Translations under genes and position numbers: made by a program
Notes under the pieces: model-generated
The model's database searches: none
The model's input: only the letters and a program-made list of their open reading frames with translations
Told to the model about the DNA's origin: nothing
Assembly (NCBI GenBank): GCA_002344975.1
Contig: DDUV01000057.1
Coordinates: 1 to 64,000, forward strand
DNA from: Saprospiraceae bacterium UBA2329
GTDB lineage: Bacteria; Bacteroidota; Bacteroidia; Chitinophagales; Saprospiraceae
Length of the DNA stretch: 64,000 bases
Reading direction: 5' to 3'
Shown: piece by piece, positions 19,192 to 31,522 of the stretch
Position numbering within the stretch: the first letter of the stretch is position 1
Layout: the number at the start of each line of letters is the position of its first letter

Positions 19192-22100
19192 ATGTCTGAA
19201 ATGAACCGGGGTTTATTCCTTCATCATCCAAAACAATGTTGTGCTATGAGACACGCAACAATTTTCACAAAAGCCTCCCTGAACAAACTGATGCTGCCGG
19301 CGCTGCTCGCTTCGGTCGTGTTATTGGGGAGTGCGGGCCTGAAGACCAACGCTTTTGAAGCGGTATGGACTTTTTTGACGGACCCGCCGATCATTTACCG
19401 GGGTACTGTCTCCGGTGCAACGCCGCCCTGCAACTGCCTCAACAACGCCACGAACCTGGTGAACGGGCAGTTTCAGGACACGCTCACCATTGCGTCCAAT
19501 CCGGGAGAAATCTGGACCATTACGACAGCCAATGGTTTGTTCAGTGTTTCCAGTCCGGCGCCGCCGATGGCTCCTTTTCCTATCGGGATGGGAGCGCAGT
19601 TTGCTGAAACGGCCCCCGGATCGGGTGTTTATCGCCTGATTGTGAGGCATGTGGATGCAGTTGGTTTTTCGCTGACGGTGACCAACAACCTCAACGAAAG
19701 CGTGAGCCTGAGTGCCGCCTGCCACTACCCCAATCCGCAGATAGTGGGTCTGAACAGCCAATACTGCATCACCAGTTTACCGGTGCCGCTGCAAGGCAAC
19801 GCCGGCGCGGGGGTAGCAGGTAGCGGTACGTTCCGGGTTAACGGCGTTGTTGCTACGGAGTTCGATCCGAGCATTTACCCGCCGGGTTCGTCGCAAACCA
19901 TCACCTACACATTTGATGCCGGTACGGGTGCTGTAAACAACCCGAACGACCCAGCCTGTTCAGCTACCATTACGCAAACCGTAAACATCAGCAATGTACC
20001 CTGGCCGGCGGGCATTACCTTCCTCAACGTGCCGCTCAACAACCAGTGCTACACGGTGATAACGCCGTTTATGACTTTGTCCGACCTCAATGCCTACCCC
20101 TGCATGGACGACTTCTATGTGGTGGTATTTGATGTGCCGGGCAACCCCATAGGCGACACTATTGGTTCAGAATGGGTAGGATTTACGTTGCGCGCTGTAA
20201 CGTATTCATATAATGGTCTTTTTGAGGTGGAAAGCTTCCTCACTTTTGAGGATGAAATAGACCCCAATATCACCTGCCCGCCGCCGGCAACTACGGGTGT
20301 CATCACGAGAAACCGGCAAACGATTTCCAACACCTTGTCTGGTGCAGACCCGACGATTGCGCTTTCGGATTTCAGTTGTTTCCGGGGCCAGACGAACCCC
20401 GCTATGGGCAACCACCGCTACGACCTCCACACCTTCACGGTAAGTGCTGCGAACAAGTATATCTTCGACCTGACGCCGCAGTTCGGCAGAGGGGTGGGCG
20501 TGTTGTACCAGGGCGCGTTCAATCCGGCGTTTCCGTGTATGAACGTGATAGACATGGGCCGCGACAGCATGCTCTTTATGTTTATGTCCCCCGATTCGAT
20601 GATGCGCCTGACGGCCAATCTGGTGCCCAACCAAATCTACACACTGCTGACGAGTTCGGAGCAACCGGGGGCTTTGGGAGCATACTCCTGGAATATCTAT
20701 ACAAATTTCACGGGCGCGCTCAACAACCTGCCGATTACCACCATTCAAGACACTTTTGATTTGGTTTGCAACGATACCGACTCACTTTTCAACAACCCGC
20801 GCAGCTTGTCCATCACCGGGTCGCCCATTGCTGTTGATAACTGCAACAACGTGACGGTAACGTTTACAGATACCCGCCAGAACAACGGCAACTGCGGCCC
20901 GCAAGTCATTACGCGCACATTTACAGCTACCGACCCATCGGGCAACAGCCGCACCTGCCAGCAAACCATCACAGTGCGCAAACCCCGCATCGGCGACCTC
21001 AAATTTCCGCCGCTCAGCACGGTCATTGAGTGCAGCACCAACTACCAGACAACGCCTACCGGCAATCCGCACCCCTCTGCTACCGGGTATCCTTACATTG
21101 AAACGGCTTTTGGCATTTACTACATCAATCCGGTATTTTGCAACCTGTCGGCTACCTGGCAAGACGAACCGAGGGTGCTGAACGATAACAACCCGAACGT
21201 TTATACTTTCTTGCGCCGCTGGACGGTGTTCAACGACTGCGTGCCCGGCGAATTTACTACCTACAATCAGGTGATTCGCGTGGACGACTTCTCGCCCCCG
21301 ATCATTTCCTGCCCGGTGGGTATTGATCAGAATGGCGACGGCACCCCCGATCCGCCGGTATTCTCCACGGGCGACACAGAATGTACCGCCGTAGTGCAGG
21401 TAATGCCGCCGGTCATCACCGATAATTGCAGCAACGTGACCTACATGACCGTCATCATCTCTGAGGTAAGGGTGCCCATTCTCAGTCCGCAGGGTGTGAT
21501 ATTGGGTTACAACACGCAGCTCGTTCCACGCGATACCATCCGGCCGGGGCAAACCCCCATCGTGAGCGGCCTCCCCATCGGTACGCACCGCTTCCGGTAC
21601 ATTGCCACCGATGCCAGAGGGAATATGAGCCAGGTGGACTGCCCGTTCTATGTCATTGATGATGTACAGCCTACCGCTATATGCGACGACAATCTGATTG
21701 TAGCCATCGGCAGCAACAGCTTCGGGCGCGTATTCGCTCAGGATGTAAACGAAGGCAGCAACGACAACTGCGGTATTGCCACCATAGAAGTACGGCGCAG
21801 ATACGACCGCGACCCGGAAACCTGTCTCAATGTGACGCCTTACTACTCCAACTGGGGACCCTCGGTGGACCTTACTTGCTGTGACGTAGGCAGAATGGTC
21901 ATCATTGAACTGCGCGTAACCGACTTGTCGGGCAATATCAACGTATGCGTCAGCGAATTGACCGTGAGCGATAATACCCGCCCGGTGTGTATGGCGCCGC
22001 CGGCACGTACCATCGCTTGCGACTCGCTGCCACAAGGTTTCAACCCGGCGGATACGCTGATGCTGCGCAATATGTTCGGCGCACCCATTGCGGTGGACAA

Positions 22101-24663
22101 CTGCATCGGCGCCTATTCGGAAGAGTTGAACCCAATTGTGAACATCGCCGATTGCGGCAACGGTACCATTGTGCGCCGTTTCCGGGCCAGAGATGCATCG
22201 GGCAATACCTCTTCCAACACCTGCCAGCAGATCATTACCATTAATTTGGCACACAACTACACGATTCGCTTCCCCAAAGATGCTCAGGCAGAGTGCGGCT
22301 TGCCGGAAGTGGATACGCTTATTGTTCAAGCTGCGGGCTGTTCCAATATGGCCATCAGCGTTACCAATGAGCGGTTCACAGCCTCGGAGGGCGCTTGTTT
22401 CAAAATATTCAGAACGTACCGGGTCATCAACTGGTGCGAGTACAACGGAAGCGATGAACCGTTGATAGTCAACAGAGAAGAGGATTGCGATAACGTAGGA
22501 GGAGATGAAGATGTGTGGGTATTGCGTCGCCCAAATCAGACCTATATAGATCGCAACAACAACCACGCCGACAACATACCGGCGGCCAATACACGCGGCA
22601 CGGCCTGCGGTAGTCCAAGTAATCCGGCAGGGTACTGGCGAACCGTACAATCTAAAGGGTACTGGCAATACACGCAAGTCATCAAAGTGTTTGATACGAC
22701 TCGTCCGACAGCTACTTTCGCAGCGCCTGATACGGCCTGCACAGTGGGCACTGCCTGCACCGCTTTGGTCTCGGCCAATTTTACGGTCAATGAAGGCTGC
22801 TCGCCCAATGACGTTACCGTGCAAGTATTCGCAGATTTGTTCTCAGACGGCGTAAACGACAGCGAGATCACAGGAGCGGGTATTTCGGGCAGCTATCCGA
22901 GCTACTTAATTACGGGCACCTTCCCCATCGGCAGCCACCGTTTTGTGGTCAACCTCCGCGACGGGTGCGGCAATACCAACGCCATTACCATTCCTTTTGT
23001 CGTGATTGACTGCGTTGGCCCTGCGCCCGTTTGCGCTGCCGGCATGACGGCTGTGCTCATGCCCTTGCCGCCGAACACCGATGCCGACGGCGACGGCGAC
23101 TTCGACCGGGGGGCAGTTACTCTGCAAGCTGTTGATTTCGTCGGTAGTCCCATTCCCGCCGATTGCAGCGGCCCAGTGCGCGTGTCCATCAATAGAGCCG
23201 GTCAGATTCCATCGCCCAACCAAACTGCTTTGGTGTTGACCTGCGACAATCTGGGTACCAATATCATCGAAATTTATGCCTGGGACAGCGCCAACAACCC
23301 GCGCCGGGTGCAGCCCAACGGCACGCTGGGCGGAGCAAACTTTGGATTCTGCCAGACTTTCGTCATCGTGCAGGCCAATACCGGTGTCAACTGTGGCGGC
23401 TCTACGGCCATGGGCGCTATTGCAGGCGGTATTTTTAGTGAAAACGGCAACCCGGTTCAGTCGGTGGACGTGAACCTGAGCGGGTACATGACGCAAAGTA
23501 TTCAGACAGAGGCCGATGGCCAATATGAAGCAGAAGACCTGCCCAGCGGTGAATCATACACTGTGACGCCGGTGTGTGATCTCAATGCCATCAATGGGGT
23601 TTCTACTTTCGACGTGATTCTCATTACCCGCCATATTTTGGGTACGCAATTGCTCGACTCGCCGTACAAGCTCATCGCTGCCGATGTGAACAATTCCAAG
23701 TCTATTTCAACATTAGATATCATACAGTTGCGCCGCCTGATTCTGGGCCTCACCACCAGCTTCCAGGGCAATACGAGCTGGCGATTTGTGGACGCCGACT
23801 TTGTGTTCCCCAATGAGGCCAACCCCTGGCAAACGCCCTTCCCTGAACTCATTCAGGTGGGCAACCTGCAAGGCAGCCTCAATGGGCGCAACTTCATCGC
23901 CATCAAAGTGGGCGACGTGAACGGCAACGCCATCCTCAATGCCAATCAGGTGGAAGACCGCAGCGTGGCAGGTACTTTCACGCTGTACTCAGAAGCACTT
24001 GACATGGTACAAAATGAAGAACTGACCGTGCCCATCACGGCCCGCAACTGGCAAGGCATAGACGGTTTCCAAATGACGATTGAGTTTGATGCAGAAAAGC
24101 TGGAGTTCCTCGATGTAGTATATGGCGTCATCGGTGCAGAGCATGTAGGCACTGCTATGGTGGACCGCGGCATGATTACCGTGAGCTGGAACCGTCAGGG
24201 CAACAACGTGGCTAATGGCGCCGACCCCTCAGTGGAAGGCGAGGCATTGTTCTGGCTGTCGTTCAAACCCAAGACAGGCGGTAAGATAGAGCAGGCATTG
24301 GCTGTCAACTCCCGCTACGCCCGTGCCGAGGCTTATGATCCGCAAGGCGCGCTGTTGGATGTGGCGCTGCAATTTGAACGCGCACAGCAAAAAGAAGAGC
24401 GCTTCGAGTTGTACCAAAATCAGCCCAACCCGTTCAACAGCCAAACCATGATCGGTTTCAGGCTGCCCGAAGACGACTTCTTCACCCTGCGCATACACGA
24501 TGCAGGCGGTAAAGTCATCAAGGAACAACGCGGTTATTTCGAGGCTGGCTACAACCAAATGTGGCTACATGCCGCCGACCTCCCGGCTTCCGGTCTGGTC
24601 TTTTACACCCTGACTTCAGGCACCCATTCTGCCACGCGCAAAATGGTGATCATAAAGGAATAA
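19192..24663 (+). CDS. Giant (1823 aa) cell-surface adhesin-like protein: multiple HYR/Ig-like Cys-containing repeats, dockerin-like repeat, cohesin-like module, T9SS type-A CTD
   Basis: Recurrent …C.NVT.T..D..GN…C.Q.I.V.D..P.I.CP… units (HYR-like); a dockerin-like ADVNNSKSISTLDIIQLRRLILGL; a cohesin-like region (…MTIEFDAEKLEFLDVVYG…); C-terminus …NPFNSQTMIGFRLPEDDFFTLRIHDAGGKV…YTLTSGTHSATRKMVIIKE = Por_Secre_tail. Confidence 0.7.
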   Translation: MSEMNRGLFLHHPKQCCAMRHATIFTKASLNKLMLPALLASVVLLGSAGLKTNAFEAVWTFLTDPPIIYRGTVSGATPPCNCLNNATNLVNGQFQDTLTIASNPGEIWTITTANGLFSVSSPAPPMAPFPIGMGAQFAETAPGSGVYRLIVRHVDAVGFSLTVTNNLNESVSLSAACHYPNPQIVGLNSQYCITSLPVPLQGNAGAGVAGSGTFRVNGVVATEFDPSIYPPGSSQTITYTFDAGTGAVNNPNDPACSATITQTVNISNVPWPAGITFLNVPLNNQCYTVITPFMTLSDLNAYPCMDDFYVVVFDVPGNPIGDTIGSEWVGFTLRAVTYSYNGLFEVESFLTFEDEIDPNITCPPPATTGVITRNRQTISNTLSGADPTIALSDFSCFRGQTNPAMGNHRYDLHTFTVSAANKYIFDLTPQFGRGVGVLYQGAFNPAFPCMNVIDMGRDSMLFMFMSPDSMMRLTANLVPNQIYTLLTSSEQPGALGAYSWNIYTNFTGALNNLPITTIQDTFDLVCNDTDSLFNNPRSLSITGSPIAVDNCNNVTVTFTDTRQNNGNCGPQVITRTFTATDPSGNSRTCQQTITVRKPRIGDLKFPPLSTVIECSTNYQTTPTGNPHPSATGYPYIETAFGIYYINPVFCNLSATWQDEPRVLNDNNPNVYTFLRRWTVFNDCVPGEFTTYNQVIRVDDFSPPIISCPVGIDQNGDGTPDPPVFSTGDTECTAVVQVMPPVITDNCSNVTYMTVIISEVRVPILSPQGVILGYNTQLVPRDTIRPGQTPIVSGLPIGTHRFRYIATDARGNMSQVDCPFYVIDDVQPTAICDDNLIVAIGSNSFGRVFAQDVNEGSNDNCGIATIEVRRRYDRDPETCLNVTPYYSNWGPSVDLTCCDVGRMVIIELRVTDLSGNINVCVSELTVSDNTRPVCMAPPARTIACDSLPQGFNPADTLMLRNMFGAPIAVDNCIGAYSEELNPIVNIADCGNGTIVRRFRARDASGNTSSNTCQQIITINLAHNYTIRFPKDAQAECGLPEVDTLIVQAAGCSNMAISVTNERFTASEGACFKIFRTYRVINWCEYNGSDEPLIVNREEDCDNVGGDEDVWVLRRPNQTYIDRNNNHADNIPAANTRGTACGSPSNPAGYWRTVQSKGYWQYTQVIKVFDTTRPTATFAAPDTACTVGTACTALVSANFTVNEGCSPNDVTVQVFADLFSDGVNDSEITGAGISGSYPSYLITGTFPIGSHRFVVNLRDGCGNTNAITIPFVVIDCVGPAPVCAAGMTAVLMPLPPNTDADGDGDFDRGAVTLQAVDFVGSPIPADCSGPVRVSINRAGQIPSPNQTALVLTCDNLGTNIIEIYAWDSANNPRRVQPNGTLGGANFGFCQTFVIVQANTGVNCGGSTAMGAIAGGIFSENGNPVQSVDVNLSGYMTQSIQTEADGQYEAEDLPSGESYTVTPVCDLNAINGVSTFDVILITRHILGTQLLDSPYKLIAADVNNSKSISTLDIIQLRRLILGLTTSFQGNTSWRFVDADFVFPNEANPWQTPFPELIQVGNLQGSLNGRNFIAIKVGDVNGNAILNANQVEDRSVAGTFTLYSEALDMVQNEELTVPITARNWQGIDGFQMTIEFDAEKLEFLDVVYGVIGAEHVGTAMVDRGMITVSWNRQGNNVANGADPSVEGEALFWLSFKPKTGGKIEQALAVNSRYARAEAYDPQGALLDVALQFERAQQKEERFELYQNQPNPFNSQTMIGFRLPEDDFFTLRIHDAGGKVIKEQRGYFEAGYNQMWLHAADLPASGLVFYTLTSGTHSATRKMVIIKE

Positions 24664-24824
24664 CATGATGAGGGATTTGTTGGAATAATGATACCAACTT
24701 CAAAAGCGGGCGGCTCTCCGATGGGAGGGTCGCCCTTTTGGTTTTTCACGATATTTGTACCTTCAAATCAATTTCCAAACTATCTTTACCAATGATTCTT
24801 ATCCACTGTAAAGACCATCCAACA

Positions 24825-25898
24825 ATGATCACCATCTCCAAACTGTCTATATTCAGCTTTTTATACAAAACACTGCTTTACTGCTCATTGTGTAGCCTCG
24901 CCGGCTGCGCCGTGCTACCGAGGGGCGATGCCGCCGATGCTGTGCCGCCCGTTCCGCCCGACTATTCCAACCCGGCTTACTGGGCTGCCCTGCCCGATAA
25001 AGCCGACCCCGCCGACCGAACGCCCGCCGGCCTCTCCAACATGCAGGCAAGCGCCCCCGCCGATGTGTTTTTTCTGCATCCTACCACCTACACCGGCGAC
25101 CGCGGCCACAACCAATGGAATGGCCCGGTGAACGACGAGCGCCTGAACCGCAAAACCGACGAAAGTACTATTTTGTATCAGGCCAGCCTGTTCAACGGCG
25201 TGGGACGGGTCTTCGCTCCGCGCTACAGGCAGGCGCATTTGCACTCATATTATGCGCGCAATGCCGCCGAAAAAGCAGCCGCCGAAAAGGCATTTGAATT
25301 GGCCTGGCTCGACGTGAAAGCTGCATTTGAATACTATCTGGCCCACCATCATCAGGGGCGGCCTATCATCATCGCCTCGCACAGTCAGGGTACTACGCAT
25401 GCCAAACGTCTGATGCGCGAGTTCTTCGACGGCAAGCCCTTGCAAGAACGGCTCGTGGCGGCCTACCTCGTGGGCATTCCCGTAGAAAAAGATTATTTGA
25501 AGTCCATTCCGCCCTGCCAGACGCCCGACGATACCGGCTGTTATTGCACCTGGCGCAGCTTTCGCAAAGGGCATATTCCCAAATGGCACAAAGACGGCAG
25601 CCTCATCGCCGTTACCAACCCGCTCACTTGGACGACGGGCGAGGCGTACGCTCCTGCCGACCTCAACGAGGGCGGGGTTTTATACAATTTCGACAAGATT
25701 TTACCCAAGCTGGCAGATGCCCAAATCCACGACGGACTGCTGTGGGTAACCAAACCGCGCTTTCCGGGCAGCGTCTTCTTCACGAGGCCCAACTACCATG
25801 TAGCCGATTATAACTTCTACTACCTCAATGTGCGCAACAATGCCATGCGGCGCGTGGAGGCGTTTCGGCAGGCGGGACAGACAGGGGTGAGTAGGTGA
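24825..25898 (+). CDS. DUF3089-like alpha/beta-hydrolase-fold lipoprotein
   Basis: Lipoprotein signal (…LYCSLCSLAGC) and a nucleophile-elbow-like IIIASHSQGT. Stop codon TGA lies inside the GGGTGAGT repeat. Confidence 0.5.
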   Translation: MITISKLSIFSFLYKTLLYCSLCSLAGCAVLPRGDAADAVPPVPPDYSNPAYWAALPDKADPADRTPAGLSNMQASAPADVFFLHPTTYTGDRGHNQWNGPVNDERLNRKTDESTILYQASLFNGVGRVFAPRYRQAHLHSYYARNAAEKAAAEKAFELAWLDVKAAFEYYLAHHHQGRPIIIASHSQGTTHAKRLMREFFDGKPLQERLVAAYLVGIPVEKDYLKSIPPCQTPDDTGCYCTWRSFRKGHIPKWHKDGSLIAVTNPLTWTTGEAYAPADLNEGGVLYNFDKILPKLADAQIHDGLLWVTKPRFPGSVFFTRPNYHVADYNFYYLNVRNNAMRRVEAFRQAGQTGVSR

Positions 25899-25945
25899 GG
25901 GGTGAGTGGGTGAGGGGTGAGTGGTGAGTGGGTGAGTGGGTGAGG
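25884..25945 (+). repeat. GGGTGAGT octamer tandem repeat (about 7 units), locus A
   Basis: GGGGTGAGTAGGTGAGGGGTGAGTGGGTGAGGGGTGAGTGGTGAGTGGGTGAGTGGGTGAGG directly at the 3' end of CDS 24825-25898. The gene's stop codon TGA is part of the repeat. Confidence 0.9.
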
Positions 25946-26051
25946 AGCGAGATGAAAAAAGTGTCGGCTGTTTTCGTCCGGAGACTTATGTTGCTGAAAA
26001 ATTGCTGTTACGTTTCTAACTTGCCGCTTTTTACGGAAAACAAAAAACAAC

Positions 26052-28219
<2,168 letters not shown>

Positions 28220-28223
<4 letters not shown>

Positions 28224-29293
28224 GTGAATTCATCGGGCGGCAGCGGCTCTATCAGCCCCAACTGTCGGGCGAAGAGCGCTGCCTCCCGGTAGTTTTTAAT
28301 GATGTGCATGACGATTTCTCCCTGTGCCGATTCGATGAGACGGCTGATGCGAAGGGCGCGCCCCGGAATTTCCACATCGCGGATAAAAATGGCCAGAATG
28401 CGCCCCGGAAAACTGCGCGCTATTTCCATGTAAATATCAGTATCCCGTTCGCCGCTGTCGCCGATGAGTACGAAGGGCAGGTCGGGGTATGCCGTGATGA
28501 TGCGGCGGATGTGATCGGCCTTGTGAGTAGAGGGTTTGCCCCAGAGGCGACGGCCCAGAAAGCCAAAATCCCGCATGAACACAGGGCCTTTGGGCAGCTC
28601 ATGCAGTTGAAAAAAATCGCAAAGCAGGTCGTAGAGGTTCCAGGGGCCGTTGGAAACGTAAAAAACCGGATTGTCACAAGTGCCGTCGGGGCCTTTTTGC
28701 AGGGCTTGGTAAAAATCGGCTACCGACTGAAAAGCCTGGCGGCCAAAGGCGTTTTTCACCAAAGTGAGATATACCGCTTTCAGCTTGAGCAGGGAGGTGA
28801 TGCCTGATTTGATGATGGTGTCGTCCACATCGCTGACGATGCCGAAGCGGGCATTGCAGGGCGCCAGCACCTCTCCCGAACATTGGTAATCAAAAATTTC
28901 GCCCAGCGTGCCCAGCAGATGCAGCGAAAAATCGGTCCAGGCATCGTTGCCCGGCTCCAAAGGGTATTGCAGCGGGCCGTCGTAATGAAAGTAGCCATAG
29001 TTGTCGCTCACCAAATGCAGTTTGTTTTTGCCTATGGTGATGTGAATGAGCGCATTGGGAATGGTGAGGCTGCCGAATCGTTTGTAATTGTTGCCCAGAT
29101 TGCGCCACAGCGAATCGCCGGGGCTGACCTGAATGCGGCGGTCGCGCAGTACCCGGCCATGCAGATATGCCCGCCCCTGCGAAACAAAGCCGCGAAAAGG
29201 GACCACCAGAGCAGGTCGTCCGGAGCTGTATCGCCGGTAAGACGGGTCTTCGGGCAATATCCAGCGGAAGAGTTTTGTAATCCAGGTAGCCAT
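28220..29293 (-). CDS. App1-like (DUF2183) HAD-type phosphatase domain protein
   Basis: VSDVDDTIIKS (DxDxT) motif; about 357 aa. Convergent 4-bp overlap with the S46 peptidase gene. Confidence 0.45.
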
Positions 29294-29295
29294 GC

Positions 29296-30468
29296 GTGGG
29301 TAAAGTTATGCAATTCATGGAGATATACAGCATCGGGCAAAATATGTACTTTTGCGGCGTCATGGAATACAAAGACAATTTATTGGGCGTAGTGGGCACG
29401 CTGTACCGGTGGAGAAAGCCCCTCATAGCACTGTGTTTGCTGGCCGGTTTGGGCACAGCGGGCATTTCGTTGATGCTGCCGGATTACTACCAGGCCGGTA
29501 CTACATTTTTTGCAGCCAGCCCCGATCAGAGCAAGCCGGAATTGGTGTTCAACCGCAGCATGTCTATGCGGATGGAATATTACGGCAACTCCGGTGATAT
29601 AGACCGCCTGCTCACCGTGGCCGAGTCAAGCGAATTGGTCGGCTTTTTGGTGGATTCTTTCGACCTTTTCGATCACTACGAGATAGACCCCAACCAGCAC
29701 AAAGCTCCGTTTCTGATGCAGGAGCGTTTCTTCAGTTTATACACCGTCAAAAAGACAAAACGGGACGCCATCGAGTTGACGGTAGAAGACCAGGACCCCC
29801 AATTGGCCGCCGGCATAGCCAATGCCGCCCGCAATAAAATAGAAGAAATCGTACAGCGCCTCATTCGCGAAAGCCAGCAAAAGACCATCAAGGCTTATGA
29901 GGATAATATTGCCGCCAAGGAGGCTTTTCTACTTCAACTTGGCGATTCCTTAGCGGTTTTGCGCACCCAATACGGCACTTACAACGTGGTAGCCCAAACC
30001 GAAACGCTCACCGAGCAGTTGTCGGAAGCACTGGCCCTGTTCACCCGCGACAGCGTTCGGCTTCTGGTGCTGCGGGCCAACGCTCAGGTGCCCCGCGATA
30101 CCATTTATATGCTGGACGCCAAAGTAGCCGGTTTGAGGCAGGAGGTCAAAGTGTTGAAAGGCGAAATCAGTCGGCTCAACAGCGGCATTTCTACCATTTA
30201 CAACTTAGAAAAACAGTTTGCCGAAGCCAATCAGATATTGGGCGAAGACCGCGAACGCCTCAAGCAATGGAGGGCAGCCAATACCTCTACTGCGCCTGCT
30301 GTATTGCTGGTGGAGGCTGCTTCGCCGCCGGTCATCAAATCGAGGCCGAAGCGCAGTATCCTGGTGCTTTCGGCCACCTTCGTAGTATTTTTGTTTGGTG
30401 TGATCGGCATCCTGCTGTTCGATGCGTACAAAAGCATCAACTGGCGGGAGGTGCTGGGTTCAAAATAA
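29296..30468 (+). CDS. Wzz/GumC-like polysaccharide chain-length-determinant topology protein (start uncertain, possibly 29362)
   Basis: N-terminal TM (LIALCLLAGLGTAGISLML), a long central coiled coil, and a C-terminal TM (ILVLSATFVVFLFGVIGILLF). Confidence 0.4.
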   Translation: MGKVMQFMEIYSIGQNMYFCGVMEYKDNLLGVVGTLYRWRKPLIALCLLAGLGTAGISLMLPDYYQAGTTFFAASPDQSKPELVFNRSMSMRMEYYGNSGDIDRLLTVAESSELVGFLVDSFDLFDHYEIDPNQHKAPFLMQERFFSLYTVKKTKRDAIELTVEDQDPQLAAGIANAARNKIEEIVQRLIRESQQKTIKAYEDNIAAKEAFLLQLGDSLAVLRTQYGTYNVVAQTETLTEQLSEALALFTRDSVRLLVLRANAQVPRDTIYMLDAKVAGLRQEVKVLKGEISRLNSGISTIYNLEKQFAEANQILGEDRERLKQWRAANTSTAPAVLLVEAASPPVIKSRPKRSILVLSATFVVFLFGVIGILLFDAYKSINWREVLGSK

Positions 30469-30474
30469 GGTGAC

Positions 30475-30870
30475 ATGAGTTTAAAAAAGAAAAGACCGGT
30501 GATGGCCAATATGTTGGCTATGAAATGTCCTCGTTGTCAGGAGGGCGACCTGTTTGATACGCCGACGTTTTCCTTCAAAAAGCCGTTCGATATGCCGGAA
30601 AAATGCCCGCATTGCGAGCAGGACTATATGCCGGAGCCAGGGTTTTACTACGGAGCCATGTTCATTTCCTATATTTTTATGGGATGGTTCTGCCTGCTTT
30701 TTGTGATGTTTTTTCACTGGGTATTGGGCTGGGGCATGGCCGCGTCGTTTGGGCTGCTCATCGCGGTGTGCATTGTTTTATTTGTGTATATTTTTCGCCT
30801 CGCACGCTCCATCTGGATCAATATTGTAGTGAAATATGATCCTTCCAAAGCTAAACACAAGCACGCATGA
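30475..30870 (+). CDS. DUF983-like small membrane protein with zinc-ribbon
   Basis: CPRCQEG…CPHCEQ zinc-ribbon motif followed by two TM helices. Confidence 0.45.
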   Translation: MSLKKKRPVMANMLAMKCPRCQEGDLFDTPTFSFKKPFDMPEKCPHCEQDYMPEPGFYYGAMFISYIFMGWFCLLFVMFFHWVLGWGMAASFGLLIAVCIVLFVYIFRLARSIWINIVVKYDPSKAKHKHA

Positions 30871-31520
30871 TGACCGAAGAGCAACAGATCAGAGAGTACC
30901 TGCGCAAGTATTATTCCAACATTGCCGAACTCGGGCTACAGGAAGAGATAGCGCATATCGGCAAGGTGATGGAGTTCAAAGCCGGCGAAATCATCATGGA
31001 CTTCGGGGCTTATGTCAAGCTCATTCCTTTAGTGGTGGAAGGCAGCATCAAGGTGTCGCGGGAAGGTGACGACGGCGGCGAGATTTTTCTGTACTACCTG
31101 CAGCCGGGCGAGTCGTGTACCATGTCTTTCACCTGCTGCATGATGAACAAGCGCAGCGAAATCCGCACGCAGGCAGAGGAAGATACGGTCGTCATTGCCA
31201 TTCCCATTCGATACATGGACGACTGGATGTCGAGGTACCAAAGCTGGAAAAATTTTGTGATGATGTCTTACGATCATCGCATGAAAGAACTGATCCGAAC
31301 CATAGACGAAATTGCGTTCAAAAAAATGGACGAGCGCCTGCTCACCTATTTGCAGAAAAAAGCGCAGGTGACCGGTTCCAAAACGCTGAATGCCACCCAT
31401 CAGGAAATTGCTTATGACCTCAACGCCTCGCGGGAAGCGGTGTCTCGGCTGCTCAAACAGTTGGAACACGACGGCTATGTGAAACTGGGGCGCAACAAAA
31501 TCACTTTGGCCAAAGGGTAG
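30867..31520 (+). CDS. Crp/Fnr family transcriptional regulator
   Basis: cNMP-binding beta-barrel plus C-terminal HTH (…THQEIAYDLNASREAVSRLLKQLEHDGYV…). 4-bp overlap with the upstream gene. Confidence 0.8.
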   Translation: MMTEEQQIREYLRKYYSNIAELGLQEEIAHIGKVMEFKAGEIIMDFGAYVKLIPLVVEGSIKVSREGDDGGEIFLYYLQPGESCTMSFTCCMMNKRSEIRTQAEEDTVVIAIPIRYMDDWMSRYQSWKNFVMMSYDHRMKELIRTIDEIAFKKMDERLLTYLQKKAQVTGSKTLNATHQEIAYDLNASREAVSRLLKQLEHDGYVKLGRNKITLAKG

Positions 31521-31522
31521 TT

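Noticed and set aside
20782-22824. 680-aa minus-strand ORF inside the adhesin gene; likewise 45311-47788 (825 aa), 9415-11925 (836 aa), 12956-14767 (603 aa), 15683-16615, 59679-61130, 57587-58459, 36613-37905, 32378-33433, 26031-26801/26844-27605, 54043-55101 and 554-1723
   Set aside because: These are antisense shadow ORFs, typical of GC-rich DNA. Their translations are low-complexity (Arg/Ala/Gly/His-rich) with no motifs, while the opposite strand in each case carries a motif-rich, well-supported gene.
25884-25945. Considered whether the GGGTGAGT arrays are a CRISPR array or a coding Gly/Glu/Trp repeat
   Set aside because: There are no spacers between units (pure tandem microsatellite), the unit is only 8 bp, and the arrays begin at the stop codon rather than lying inside reading frames.
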